Shown here: positions 13,136-25,148 of the stretch, in pieces | How positions within the stretch are numbered: the stretch's first letter is position 1 | How the letters are laid out: the number at the start of each line of letters is the position of its first letter | Assembly (NCBI RefSeq): GCF_018977255.1 | Contig: NW_024704742.1 | Span: 129,768,001 to 129,832,000, forward strand | Reading direction: 5' to 3' | Length of the DNA stretch: 64,000 nt | Source of the DNA: Callorhinchus milii | Taxonomy: Eukaryota | Position numbers and translations under genes: made by a program | The notes under the pieces: model-generated | The model's database searches: none | Seen by the model: only the letters and a program-made list of their open reading frames with translations | Told to the model about the DNA's origin: nothing

Positions 13136-13362
13136 AATGACATGTTTAAATTTGATGTATAAAAATATATTTGCTGAACTTTGATACTGTACATTCCATG
13201 GTTTAAAATACTCTGCGAAAGTTTTTTTGGGGGGAAAACGGCAAAAGTGCCAATTAACCAATGGCGATCAACCAGAATGGGGGATGGTGAACTTTAACAA
13301 CCAGCATGAAGTTTCCAAAAATCAGAAATATATTTTTATATATCAAATTTAAACATGTCATT
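13136..13362. repeat. About 42-bp inverted repeat with a 144-bp spacer
   Basis: AATGACATGTTTAAATTTGATGTATAAAAATATATTTGCTGA versus its near-perfect reverse complement at 13322-13362. Confidence 0.85.
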
Positions 13363-13814
13363 TTAAACCGAGACTGATAGCTGGACTATTCTATTATATT
13401 ATATTCAATTTCAACAAATGCAGTGATAAATCTCAGAAAATCTGTTCTCCTCCAATCTATTTTTCTTTCTCCACCCCAGAAAATTCATCTTATATGCTTT
13501 GTTGGGAGCACATTTTAAAGTAACAAATAAAGTAACAAGTAATAAATTCCCTCTTCCCCTACTCTGGCCTCCCAGAGCTTCTCACACAATAACGTCTGTA
13601 TAATGTAGCCTCGTGCTTACAAGAAGCCAGGCTTCCTGCTAAGGCAGATTTGTATAGATTTTAGACCCACCACACGATTGCATGATCTGGCTAGCAAACC
13701 GTATGTAATAACTGAATGGTCAGGGGATAGCTTGAAATTTTAAATAAAAAAAATTAAATCCACGCTCAAAAAAAGTTAGTTTTTCTTATAAAAAAAACAC
13801 AAAAAGCCACTTAC

Positions 13815-13881
13815 CTATAGCTGTAACACTCGGAATAGAAGCCAAAATGCAGATTCCCAGGTATAAAGCTATCCTTCTCAT
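13815..13881 (-). CDS. Kunitz gene exon 1: signal peptide MRRIALYLGICILASIPSVTAI
   Basis: ATG at 13881, basic n-region plus hydrophobic h-region, donor G|GTAAGT, phase 1, TATA box about 130 bp upstream. Confidence 0.85.
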
Positions 13882-14010
13882 CCTTGCGTTTTGGGATTTC
13901 AGCTGAATTGAAAACCGGCAGTATCTTGAGCTCAAGCTGTGTGTTCGATGCTCCCCGACGTATCCACATAGACTTGCAAACAATTTGTCAACTGCCTTTA
14001 GTCTATCGAT

Positions 14011-14034
14011 TTTTATAACATTTTATGATCCAAT
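14011..14034 (-). promoter_or_regulatory. Putative core promoter of the Kunitz gene (TATAAAA plus nearby CCAAT)
   Basis: TATAAAA on the minus strand at 14017-14011, about 130 bp upstream of the ATG; CCAAT on the + strand at 14030-14034. Confidence 0.5.
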
Positions 14035-14351
14035 GGCAGTTTCAACAAACTGACCCTTGTACTAACTTGAGCAATAACATTTACATAATGTGATAGTGTA
14101 ACCAAGTTACACTAGGATGTTGACCCATCCTCCATCACTGGTGAACGAAACTTTTACTGCAGACGCTATTTTGCTTTGGGTGCCACATTTAATACGTCAC
14201 CATTTGTCGATACTCAGTCCAAGTATTAATGATGAGATGGTCCCAATGGCATTTCGGTCCCTTTGATGTCAGCCAGCAGAGACAAGCCCACCACAAATCA
14301 CACTATAAAATATATAGCATTTTAATATATATTGACGTCTATGACCTGAGT

Positions 14352-14595
14352 TAGGTTGACCATATTTTGTAAACCAAATCCAGGAACACACATAAACAAA
14401 ACAGAACTCACCGAAATTGCTGATGTTGGCAGTACTGGATTAGTTGGATTTAGTGGCTGTGTTTCTCTGAGGAGCGTATCTGTTTTAGAATGTTATTGTA
14501 GTTGCTCAGTTTGATGCTGAACTCAAGACAGGGCAAATTTGACCCCAGGGACACAGTATCTCAACTATAGAAATCAGGGATGTATGGTCACCCTA
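14352..14595. mobile_element. hAT-type (Blackjack/Tip100-like) MITE
   Basis: Terminal inverted repeats TAGGTTGACCATA / TATGGTCACCCTA; flanks CCTGAGT / CCTAAGT resemble a target-site duplication. Confidence 0.7.
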
Positions 14596-15510
14596 CCTAA
14601 GTGAAATATTCAAAGCCATTATAGCATCTCTCAAATGACCTTAAAAGGATCTTTGTCCTTACTTAAATAATACAGTGTACTGTCCATTGCCGGTTTGTCA
14701 TATAGATCAACAGTTCCTCTTATATAACTTCAAATAATAATACCTCCAAAAACCAAAAACAATAATAAAAATTGGTCATTTTCAATCTACGACTGTTTGT
14801 GGGACATTGCTGTGCGCAATTGGCTGCCGCGTTCGCCCACAAATATACAGTCAATTCACTTTACAGTGTGTTCTGTGAAGCACTTTGGGACGTCCTCCCG
14901 ACGTGAAAAGCGCTATATCAAATGCAAGGATTATTATTATTATTAAGGCCTCAGTTCCACAATGAAGTGAACTTTATTTCAAAAAAATGACTTTGCATTC
15001 CATGCAAAAAAAGTTGCATATTGTTCTGTTGCATTTTTCCCTTTACACAAGGTAAAATAATCGTCCCATTAATGTCTCATTTAAGGTGCTTTGCAATGTT
15101 TATCCATATTATTCATGCAATGTGTCATATAGGTTAGACTACAACAGATACTCATATTGTATCATGATGTCATCCAGGGAAAATAGGGGAGTGGAGAGAA
15201 ATTTCTTTCAGTTTATCAATGACTAACAAAACTAAGGGCACCATAAACCATCACAGCTATTGGAACATAGGAACAGTGCCAGTCAGACCTTCGAACCTGT
15301 TCCACCATTCTATTAGATCATGGCTGATCTGTATCTCAACTCCATTTACCTACCTTTTCTCCATATTCCTTGATCCCCTTAGCTATCAAATATCTAACAA
15401 CCTCAGACTTGAATTGATGACTTGTGGCTTTACTTTGGTCTTCTCATACAATTTTCTTCCACCATATACCCCTTAAACTTCATTTATCTTGTTGTATTTG
15501 TCTATTATTA

Positions 15511-15940
15511 GGTGTCAGCCAGGCTCAGTCAGTAGCTTCTGAGTCTGAAGGTTGTGGGTTCAAGCCTCACATGACTGACTGTGAGCTCACAGCTCCAGGT
15601 TGACACTCCAGTGCAGTGCTGGGGAGAAATCTGCATTGTCAGGGGTGTCATCCTTTGGATGTAATGGTAAACTAGGGTCCCCTTTCCCTGTTCAGGTGGA
15701 CATTATAGATCCCATCACACTATCTTAAAAGAGAAGAGAGTTTCTCCCAGTGATCCGGTCAACCATCTAAAATTGGTCATTCACTTCATGGCTGTTTGTG
15801 GGGTTATTGTATTTGCTGATTGACTGCTAAGCTCAACTAACAAAATACACAGTCACTGCACTCTACAGTAAATGCTGTGAAGAAGTTTGAGACAGGTTGA
15901 CGATGTGATAAGGTGCTATATCAAATGCAAGGATTATTGT
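15511..15940 (+). mobile_element. Older Deu-domain-type tRNA SINE; related copies near 32395-32785(+), 33400-33650(+), 40790-41080(+), 41640-42075(-), 52010-52195(-), 58885-59140(+)
   Basis: Head GGCTCAGT...GAAGGTTGTGGGTTCAAGCC; Deu-like body TTCAGGTGGAC...GATCCCAT...GAGTTTCTCCC...GCTGTTTGTGGG; same L2-like tail. Confidence 0.75.
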
Positions 15941-17005
15941 TAATACTGACATCACGTGTTGTGCATAAATCCCATGAGGAAACATATATTTACCCTCAGT
16001 AAAGCTCTGAATGGACAATTTAAGGCCAATAACCAATATTGTTTTAATATCACTGGCATAATAAGGATTCAACACCTCAGGTATCTCAGTGCTGTGGAAT
16101 TTTGGGATCAAGATCTGCTTTATCTGTTAAGCTATTTACGTTTCTGAGGTTGATTGTATGTGCTGCAAGAGATTAAGATGTGGCTTCCTTAAAAGTTCAA
16201 TTGAAAATATTCTCTGTGCTGAATTTTTAAATGATCTTCTTGAAAGAAGTGCGTGTTTAAAAACATTCTCCTGTCCAAGGCACTGTTGAAGGTCAGGCAG
16301 TTTGTCCTTTATTCATTAAGGTTCGAAGGTGAAGACGTGTTTAACTCTGAACTAAAGCCCTAATAATACAGAGTGGTCCTAGCTGGAAAGTAACTACAAA
16401 GCACATCCTAGGTGAAAGATAATTCCGGATCATGGTAGAATTATTGCTTTGTTAATGTAGTTTTGTATTAAAAAAAGTGCAGTGACGAGATAAAATCTCC
16501 CTTTACTAAGTCACACATAAGGCAATCGTCATCTCAATGAGTCTCATGCAAGACACTTGGTAATAATATTGAGTGTGTGTAAATCATGACACACTTGGGG
16601 AGTGGAGTGAAACTTATCCAGCGTTACTAGACTGATAAGTAAGGAACACTGAAACCTGTCAATCAGTTAGGTGCCTTTGCCCTCTTGTTGTTTAAAGTTG
16701 TTGATGTTTTCACTAGAGCAGAGAAGGCCAATAGAAGCATAAATAATCACAAAGTGGGCTGACAGGGAATAGGGAGAAGCTATTTCCACTGATAGGGGAG
16801 TTTCTGTGGTGATAAAAATAAAATGCTCGTATTTCTGGCATTAGTTAGAAAAGGAGTAAATTTCCCGTGTTTTATTGGACCAATAGCTAAGACGTTAAGT
16901 GCAATGCTCGGCACATAGATACTCCATAATCTCCTGTGTAAGAGGAAGTAGACGGAAAATTTCTCAGTTCACTGATATAAATGATTTACTTACAATTTAG
17001 GCACA

Positions 17006-19910
17006 TTACAATACAATACAAAATTCCATATGTATAGCGCCTTTCATGCCAGGAGGATGTCCCAAGGGCTGGACAGACAGGGATTTGGACCCTAGCTGGG
17101 GGTTCAGGATCCAAGAGGGTGGAGAGCAGGGAGGGTAGGGGGGTGGCCGAAAGCTCGGTCGAAGAAGTGGGTTTTGAGACGCACTTTGAAGGAGACGAAG
17201 GAGGGAGCGAGGTGAAGGGAATGTGGGATGGAGTTCCATAGGATGGGGGCAGAAAGGCTGAAGATCCGTCCGCCGATGGTGGGACGGGCCGGGTGGGGCA
17301 TTTGTAGCAGGCTGGAGCTTGCTGAGTGGACAGATTGATATGGGGTCAGCAAGTCGCAGAGGTAGGGAGGGGCTGTGGAGGGTGTTGAAGGCGAGGATTT
17401 TGAACTCTATCCACTGGGGGATGGGGAACCAGTGGAGCTGGGCGTGGATGGGGGTGATTGGGTCATGGAGCCTATTGTGGGAGAGAACATGAGCTGCAGG
17501 GATCTGTATGATCTGCAGCTTGTGGAGGGAATAGGTGGGAAAACTGACAAGCAGGAAGTTGGCATAGTCGAGCCTAGATATACTGATTGTGTGGATGACG
17601 GTTTCGGCGACCTGAGGGTTGAGGCAGTGGCGGAGTCGGGCAATGCTGTGAGGTTGGGGAAGGCAGAGCGGGTCATGGCATGGATGTGAGGTAGAATAGT
17701 TGATGGTCAAACGAGATACCAAGATTCTGGACTGGTTCAGCAAGGTGGAGTGTGCATCCTTGGATGCTGGTACTGCCAGTGCCTGAGGTGCGGAGGCGCT
17801 GACGGAAGCCAATCAGGAGAGCCTCGGTCTTGTTTGATGTTCGACTGTAGAAAGTTGGTCTCATCCAGGACTTGATGCCTGACAGACATTCAGTCAGCAC
17901 AGCAGTTGTCCTGAAGTCGAGGGTGGAGGCAGAGAGGTACAGTTGGGTGTCATCCACATATATGTGGAAGTTGACCACATGTCTGTGGATGATGTCACCA
18001 AGAGGGAGCATATAGATGTTGAGGTGGAGGGAACCAAGGATAGAGCCCTAAGGAACATCGTATGAGACAGTATGAGAGCTAGAGAAGAAGCTGTTTATGG
18101 AGATGAAGTGGAACTGTGTGAGAGGTAGGATTTGAGCCACTCAAGGACAGAACCATGAAGGTTGAGGTGAGAGGAGAGGCAGTGGAGGAGGATGGAGTTG
18201 TCAATGGTATCTAAGGCAGTAGAGAGGTCAAGGAGGATGAAGAGGCAGATGGACCCCTGTTGCAGATGGACAAAATGTCATTTGTTACTTTGATCAAAGG
18301 TGTTTCTTTGCTGTAGGAGGCACGGAAACCTGATTGGAGGGGTTTATGAAGGGAGTGGCAGGCGAGGAAGGAGCGAAGCTCAGAAGCATTCCAAGATCTT
18401 GAAGGATCTTGAGGATGGAGATGGGGTGGTACTTTGAGAGTAAGGATGGATCCAGGGAGGGTTTTTGAAGAATAGGAGTGATGACGGCTGGTTTTAAAGG
18501 GGTGGTAACAGTGTCAGTGGACAGGGAAAGGTTTACGATGTCTGTGTGTAGAGTGGCAAGAAGGTGGAGTTGGGAGGTAAGGATAGTGGTAGGGATGGGG
18601 TCAAGGGAGCAGGTGGTTAGTTTTATGTGGGTTATAATGGTGATGAGAGAGGAGGGGGAGACAGATTCCAAGGTGTGGAGGGAGGAATGGGTAGGGGCCG
18701 GGGTGTGAGGGAGAGATGTGAGGGCGTAGTAGACAGATGGGCGGAGGCAGATGAGGGTATCCCCTCAATTTTGGTTTTGAAGTAGTCCAGCATCCCCTCA
18801 CAGTTGGAGTTGGTGGAAAGGATGGGCGAGGCATGAGAGGGTGGGTGGAGAAGCCTGTTGGTGATGAAGAAGAGGAGCCTGGGGTTGTTCTTGGCCTCCA
18901 AGATTGTCTTGGAGTAGAAGGATGATTTAGCGGAGGGATAAGTTTTGGCAGAGAGGGCAGAGAGATAAGTTTTGATGAGGTCCAGCCAGATCTGCTGATG
19001 AACCATTAAGTTAGATTTGAGCCAGGTGCATTTGGCGACACATACCTGTGCCTTGGGGGAGCGGAGGTGGCTGGTGTACCTTAGGTAGAAGGTGGTTCGG
19101 GAATGAGGGAGCAAGGGCATCGAGAATGGTGGAGAGGGAATTGTGGAGGAGAGTGACCAAGGAGGATAGGTCATTGTGGGAAGAAGTCCAGAAGGGAAGG
19201 TGTTCAGATGACTCCAAGGCAGCATAGAGGGAGGGCAGGGATATTTTTTTCCAGGGGCAGTAGGAGATGGAGGTGGGGAGAGGGATTGAGGAATTAAGGA
19301 AGATGAAGTAGTGGTCTGAGATGGCTTTGTCGGTGATGATGAGGTCCGAGACGCTGAGGCCCCGGGTAATCACCAGCTCGAGCTTGTGGCCATGGACATG
19401 GGTGGCTGAGTGGATGTTGTGTGAGAGGTTGTGAGAGGAAGGGGGAGAGGATAGGTCAGTGGAGATAGAACAAGAGTGGGTGAAGTGCAAGTTGAAGTCA
19501 TCTAGGATGAAGAGGCATACAGAGCAGAGGGAAGATAGGAGGGTGTTGATGTCCGACAGGAAGGTGGGTGATGGCTTGGGGGGGACAATAAATAAGGAGA
19601 ATTTTGAGGGAAATGTTGGAGGGATGGTGGCGTGTAAGGTGCTCAAAGGAAAGGAAGGTTCTGGAGGAGTCAGGGCATAGGCCGAGCGGGGACCAGGAGA
19701 TGAGAGCCACACCGCCACCACGGTGGTTAGGCCGTGGGTATGGTGGAAGGTGTAGCCAGACGGTGTGGCCTATATCAGGAGGAAGGTGTCATCTGGGGTG
19801 GGTCGGGTTTCGGTGAGGACGAGGATGTCAATGTTTTCCGTGACAATGAGGTCTTGGATGGTGAGCGTTCTATTGGCGAGTGAGCGGATATTTTGTAGGA
19901 CTTGGTCCCC
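17006..19910 (-). mobile_element. Old L2 LINE ORF2 (APE + RT), many frameshifts
   Basis: [42 protein letters not shown]; (TTGTA)n tail. Confidence 0.9.
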
Positions 19911-20010
19911 GCATTGGATCTGGTTGTCGTTGGGGGTATTTACATTAACTATGGATGTAAAAGTGGTGCAATGAAATCTGCAGACAGTAAAGTCATATGC
20001 AGTCAGTTAT

Positions 20011-20394
20011 TTGTGGAGTCCTGTAGCTCAGTGGTTAGAATGCTCACCTCGCAAGCAAGAGGACCTGGGTTTGATTTCCAGGCCGGGCGAAACGTTGAGC
20101 AAGTTTCCTTACTCCACATGCCTCTGTTTACCCAGCAGTAAGTAGGAACCCGGTTGTTAGTCGACTGGTGGATTGCTTTTCCAGGGGTAATAATCCCTTC
20201 GAAAATAAATAAATAATAATTTGGACACTCACTCCACAACTGTTTGTGGGACACTGCTGTGTGCAATTGGCTGCCGGGTTTCGTCCACAAAATATACAAT
20301 CAATTCACTTTGCAGTATATTCGGAGAAGCTCTTTGAGACGTCTCGAAATGTGCTAAGGCACTATATCAAATGCAAGGATTATTATTATTATTA
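20011..20394 (+). mobile_element. Full-length tRNA-derived SINE (dominant family; L2-like tail, (TAT)n end)
   Basis: A box TAGCTCAGTGG, B box GGTTTGATTTCC, conserved body, tail GAGACGTCTC...CTATATCAAATGCAAGGATTATTATT. Confidence 0.92.
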
Positions 20395-21009
20395 TTTTAC
20401 AATGGAACGTTCTCTCCTACAAAACATACAGGTTGCAGGTGCAGCCTGTAAGTCGCTTTGAAATGTCTTTATGAAAGGAACAATATCAATTGTAAGGATT
20501 ATTATTCATATTATTATTATGATATAAATGCATTAAGTTGCTTGTTTGAAAACTGGTCCTGTGTAAATTCACAAAGTGCACTGCAGCTGTGGTTGTGGGG
20601 AATCGCAGCTTGTAACAATATGTCTCATTCACCATCAGGGGGATGCCCTTCTCATTCATAGTTTTCTTTCCCAGGAAGCTAACGTGTGCTGTGCACAGCT
20701 TTGACCACTGGGGACTTTGTGTAATGCATTCAGGTAAGATTAACATATGTGACACACAGGTAGTACTGTAATAATAATAAATAATAATAATAAAAACTGT
20801 GCATGTAGTATTAATAATAATCCCTCCAAAACCAAAAAAAAACAATAATAAATTGGTCATTTTCAATCTACGACTGTTTGTGGGACATTGCTGTGCGCAA
20901 TTGCCGCCGCGTTCGCCCACAAATATACAGTCAATTCACTTTACAGTGTGTTCTGTGAAGCGCTTTGGGAAGTCCTCCCGACGTGAAAAGTGCTATATCA
21001 AATGCAAGG

Positions 21010-21042
<33 letters not shown>

Positions 21043-21044
<2 letters not shown>

Positions 21045-21385
21045 GACTATCCCACATGATTACAACGTAAGAAATAAAGAGCTAGAGTAGATCAGGAAAC
21101 ATATCGATCTACAAATTGAATGCGCAAATACGTGGCAGCATAAAACAAACCTAGCTCCAATAATCATTGGTGCAATTGGGACTGTTAATAAGACTATTCA
21201 GAAATGGCCTGACATAATATCTGGTGAACAAATTATCAACCCCTTGCAACAAGTAACTATTTTAGGAAGCTCAAATACATTAAGAAAAGTAACATCCATT
21301 CATATCCATTCAGTTTTAGTGGTCTGGCTGACCCATCACTGAAAACCACTCACAAATTACTTCTACAGAGTGATTTAAACAGCAT
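21043..21385 (+). mobile_element. 3' relic of an R4/Dong-clade (restriction-like endonuclease) non-LTR retrotransposon
   Basis: MTIPHDYNVRNKELE*IRKHIDLQIECANTWQHKTNLAPIIIGAIGTVNKTIQKW...LQQVTILGSSNTLRKV matches the RLE C-terminal pattern; followed by (TAA)n. Confidence 0.75.
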
Positions 21386-22827
21386 TAACTTAATAATAAT
21401 AGTAATAATGATAATAATAATAATAATCCTTGCATTTGATATAGCGCCTTATCTCATTTTTGAGATGTGTCACTGCTGTGTCTAATTGGCTGCCACATTT
21501 CACCCACAAAATATACAGTCAATTCACTTTATAGTATATTCTGTGAAGCGCTTTCAGACGTCTCAAAAAACATAATAAGGCACCATATCAAATAGAAGGA
21601 TTATTATTATTGTTTTGTAGATGACTGCTGTTGATTTGCACGTGCTGATTTTTGCTCTTTTCACACCATTTTTGTTCCTAGCAATTAGTTTCACTGAATA
21701 GAGTTAATCCATGAATTGTATCACAATACATCACCTAGCTTTCACCATCTGAACTTCAGAAAGAGCAACACTGCTAAATCACTAAATTAAGGGATAAAGG
21801 ACAATTGGACAGGTAATTGGACTTCAAGACAGTTCAGTGCCTTGGGACAAACTCCCATCTTGAAAGGCACTGTATAAATATAAATTTGTGTTGCATTTGT
21901 ATTTCACGTGCTGATAAAAATGATTTTCATTCAAAAATGTTTTTTCTTTACCTCCCCTCCCCCATCATTTTAAGTAATTCAGAGAGATTGTGTATCATGA
22001 GTACCGAATCCTAACAATAAATAAATAATAATAATCCTTGCATTATTAGGTACCTTTATCACTTCGTCGAGATACCTCAAAGCCATGGGATTTTAACTGT
22101 GAAGTGTAGTGGAATATTAAAATGTAAATGTATCCAAATGTAATAAATAAGCGCAACCCAATAAATCCAATTGACTTTTGACATCAAATCTCCTGATTAT
22201 TTCCCAACACCCCTGCAGTTATCACTCCACAATTGCAAACCCGCTTGAATTGACATAATAAACAATATATTAGGGCACATTTCCAAAACTGTAATCTCAT
22301 CTCAAGGTTCATGTAACGGTTACAAACTATTCTATTTTAGATTGTTCAGTGACCGATGTCACCTAAGTTGATCTTTTCTTAACTGCCATCCATAGAAACA
22401 TAGAAACAGGAATAGGCTATTCAGCCCCTTGAACCTGTTCTGCTATTCTATAAATTCATGGATGATTTGTACCTCAAGTTCAATTACCTGCTCTTGCCCA
22501 GTATCTAGTACTTTGCATTTTGCATTTGCATTTTTGGATTTGATATAACGCTTTAACACATCTTCGAGACGTCTCGACGCTCTTCACAGAATATATTGTA
22601 AAGAAAATTGACTGTATAATTTGTGGGCGATACATACCAAGGACTTGGTATTTTACAGATAGAATTTTCTTATCTGTTTCATCTCCCTTCTGGTAATTTG
22701 CTCAGATGGCCATTGGTTTAGTCTTGAACATTGCAACCAGACCTTGGTTGACGTTTGTGAGCATGGGCATTGGTCTCTCCAGGATTATTCGCGGGACACC
22801 GAACTAAATCAGTTTGTTTTGGACAGT

Positions 22828-23425
22828 ACAACAACAACTTGGATTTATATAGCGCCCTCCATGCCGGACGGTGTCTCAGAGTGCTTTACAGTAACGGATC
22901 CTGGGACCGAGCCAGGGGGAGGGGGGGGAAGGTGACCAAAGGTGCGGTCGAAAAGAAAGGTCTTCAGCTGAGACCTGAAAGTGGGAAGGGAGGGAGCGAG
23001 ACGAAGGGAGTGAGGAAGGCAGTTCCAGAGCCTCGGGGCATAGTGGCTGAAGACACGGCCGCCGAGGGTTGAGCAGAGGACTCGGGAGATGAGGAGGAGG
23101 CCAGACCCGAGGAACGGAGGCAACGGGTACTGTGCTGAGGAGAGAGGAGGTCAGAGAGGTAGGGGGGTGCAGAGGAGTGCAAGGACTTGAATACAAAAGT
23201 GAGGATCTTGAAATCGATCCTCTCTGGGATAGGCAGCCAGTGCAGTCTGGCAAGGACTGGGATGATTGGGGAGCGGAGTTTCGTGCGGGTGAGAATGTGG
23301 GCGGCAGAGTTCTGAATGAGTTGGTTTTTATGGATGGTAGTGGATGGGAGACAGGCAAGGAGGGCATTTGAATAGTCCAGCCGGGAGGTGACAAGGGCAT
23401 GAACCAGAGTTTCAGCAGCTGTTGG
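22828..23425 (-). mobile_element. L2 LINE 3' fragment
   Basis: FSHYAPRLWNCLP...LKTFLF; (TTG)n tail. Confidence 0.88.
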
Positions 23426-24489
23426 GCCGAGGTATATCCCTTGAATAAGATTGAAATCCTATCTTTCAGCACTTGAAAATGATCTGTGCTCAACTGATCT
23501 GGTCGCTTCTATGAGAATCATTACACATGCCAGCCAGGCTCAGTTGGTAACGCTCTTGCCTTTGAGTCAGAAGGTTGTATGTTCAAGCCACATGTCAAGA
23601 TTTTGTGCTCATAGTCTAGACCAGGATGGTCCATCTGGAAACCTGTGGTGAACAATTAACTACAGCAACTATTAATATTAAAATAAGAATGGAAATATAT
23701 CCAAATAATTCAATAAATCCAGTCGACTTTTGACACAGAATAACCTGGTAATTAAATACAGATTACTTCACAATAACCCTCCCGTTTGTAACCCGTCCTG
23801 GGTCATTAATTCGCCTGGCCAGTCCAGCATTCAAAACAAAATCTCTTCTCCCAGGAATCTACTGCCCTAGGCAGCTGCCCAGTTTACCTGTAGCTAGAGC
23901 GGTCCCTGTTTCCTCAGTCACAATCACATGGCACCAACACATATGTACATGTGGGACAGGGAATAAAAGAGTATGGGAAGGAGTAAGGAGTGGGTGGAGA
24001 CTCATATGGATATAAATACTGGCAAGCACTCGTTGGACGGAAGGCCTGTTTCCATGCTGTACAATCCATGTAAATTTTACAACTTTATGTTAGTTGGCAA
24101 GTGCAAAGCGCACAAAATAATCCCAGTTTTTTTTTCCATTCTATTCTAATACATTTGCAATTTATGGCTCTGAATCTCTCCAGAAATAATTCAATGTGAT
24201 TTTGTTGTTATTGGATTAATTGCCACATATTTGCAGCATAAATTGAGGAATTGAGAAAAAGAATAAAAGAAAACATTTGTTTGCATGTTTTTTTAGAATG
24301 TGGAATTTCTTACCACAAATAGCTGTTGAAGCAGAGTCCTTAACAGTATTTAAGAATGCATCAGATACAATACAATTTACTTTTATACAGCACCTTTCAC
24401 ATGTGAAGTCCTGTAGCTCAGTGGTTAGAGCACTCCCATCACAAGCAAGAGATCTGGATTTGATTCCCGGTAGGGCGAGTTTCTTTGCT

Positions 24490-25148
24490 CCAAACCTTGA
24501 TGATGCTGAAACTCTGGTCCACGCCTTTATCACCTCAAGGCTGGACTACGGGAACTCTCTCCTCGCCGGCCTTCCCGGCACCTCCCTCCACAAGCTGCAG
24601 TTCATTCAGAACTCTGCAGCTCGTGTACCAATCCGCACCAGGCTTCACGACCACATCACTCCCACCCTCGCTCGCCTCCACTGGCTCCCCATCCCCCAGA
24701 GGATCAAATTCAAGATCCTCATCCTCACCTACAAGGCCATTCACGGCCTTGCTCCCCCCTACCTCTCTGACCTACTATCCCCCTACTTACCTGCCCGTTC
24801 CCTCCGTTCCTCTGGCTCTGGTCTGCTCCACATCCCCCGCCCCAACCGCCCTACCATCGGTGGCCGGGCCTTCAGCCTCTCAGCCCCGAGGCTCTGGAAC
24901 TCCATCCCCCAGTGCCTTCGCCTTGCTTCCTCCCTTTTCTCTTTCAAGGCCGATCTCAAGATCTTTCCCTTTGACCGTGCCTTCAGCTCCCCTCTCGACT
25001 CTCTACCCCCTCCTCGCTCCCTCCCTTCCCTCCCCTCACCCTGACCATTTCCCCCCTGCTCGGGTCCTGACCCAACTGTCCAGCGCCTTGGGACGTCCTC
25101 CCGACGTGAAAGGCGCTCTGTAAATGGAATCTTGTTGTTGTTGTTGTT
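24490..25148 (+). mobile_element. L2 LINE 3' fragment (young subfamily)
   Basis: AETLVHAFITSRLDYGNSLL...LHWLPI...APRLWNSIP; (TTG)n tail. Confidence 0.92.

Larger units (their letters stand above)
116..13881 (-). other. Spliced gene (5 coding exons in window, 3' end beyond left edge): type-I membrane protein with two BPTI/Kunitz domains
   Basis: Five GT-AG exons join in frame (phases 1,1,1,1,2) to give MRRIALYLGICILASIPSVTAI-AAKECNEEK...(Kunitz 1)...DAKCKLEKAKGDCKAF...(Kunitz 2)...VRSGRGGAEEIPQDVSDSDA-GTTVAIVFGCLFGIVVVGAVVGLVLQ; 575 coding nt. Confidence 0.9.

Noticed and set aside
116..13881. Assignment of the Kunitz gene as SPINT2, TFPI or AMBP
   Set aside because: Four-Cys first domain, very short inter-domain linker, TM anchor and no lipocalin domain do not fit; symbol left empty
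20011..20090. tRNA-like sequence with A and B boxes (also at 24405, 31500, 33660, 44190, 45620)
   Set aside because: These are SINE heads continuing into SINE body sequence, not tRNA genes
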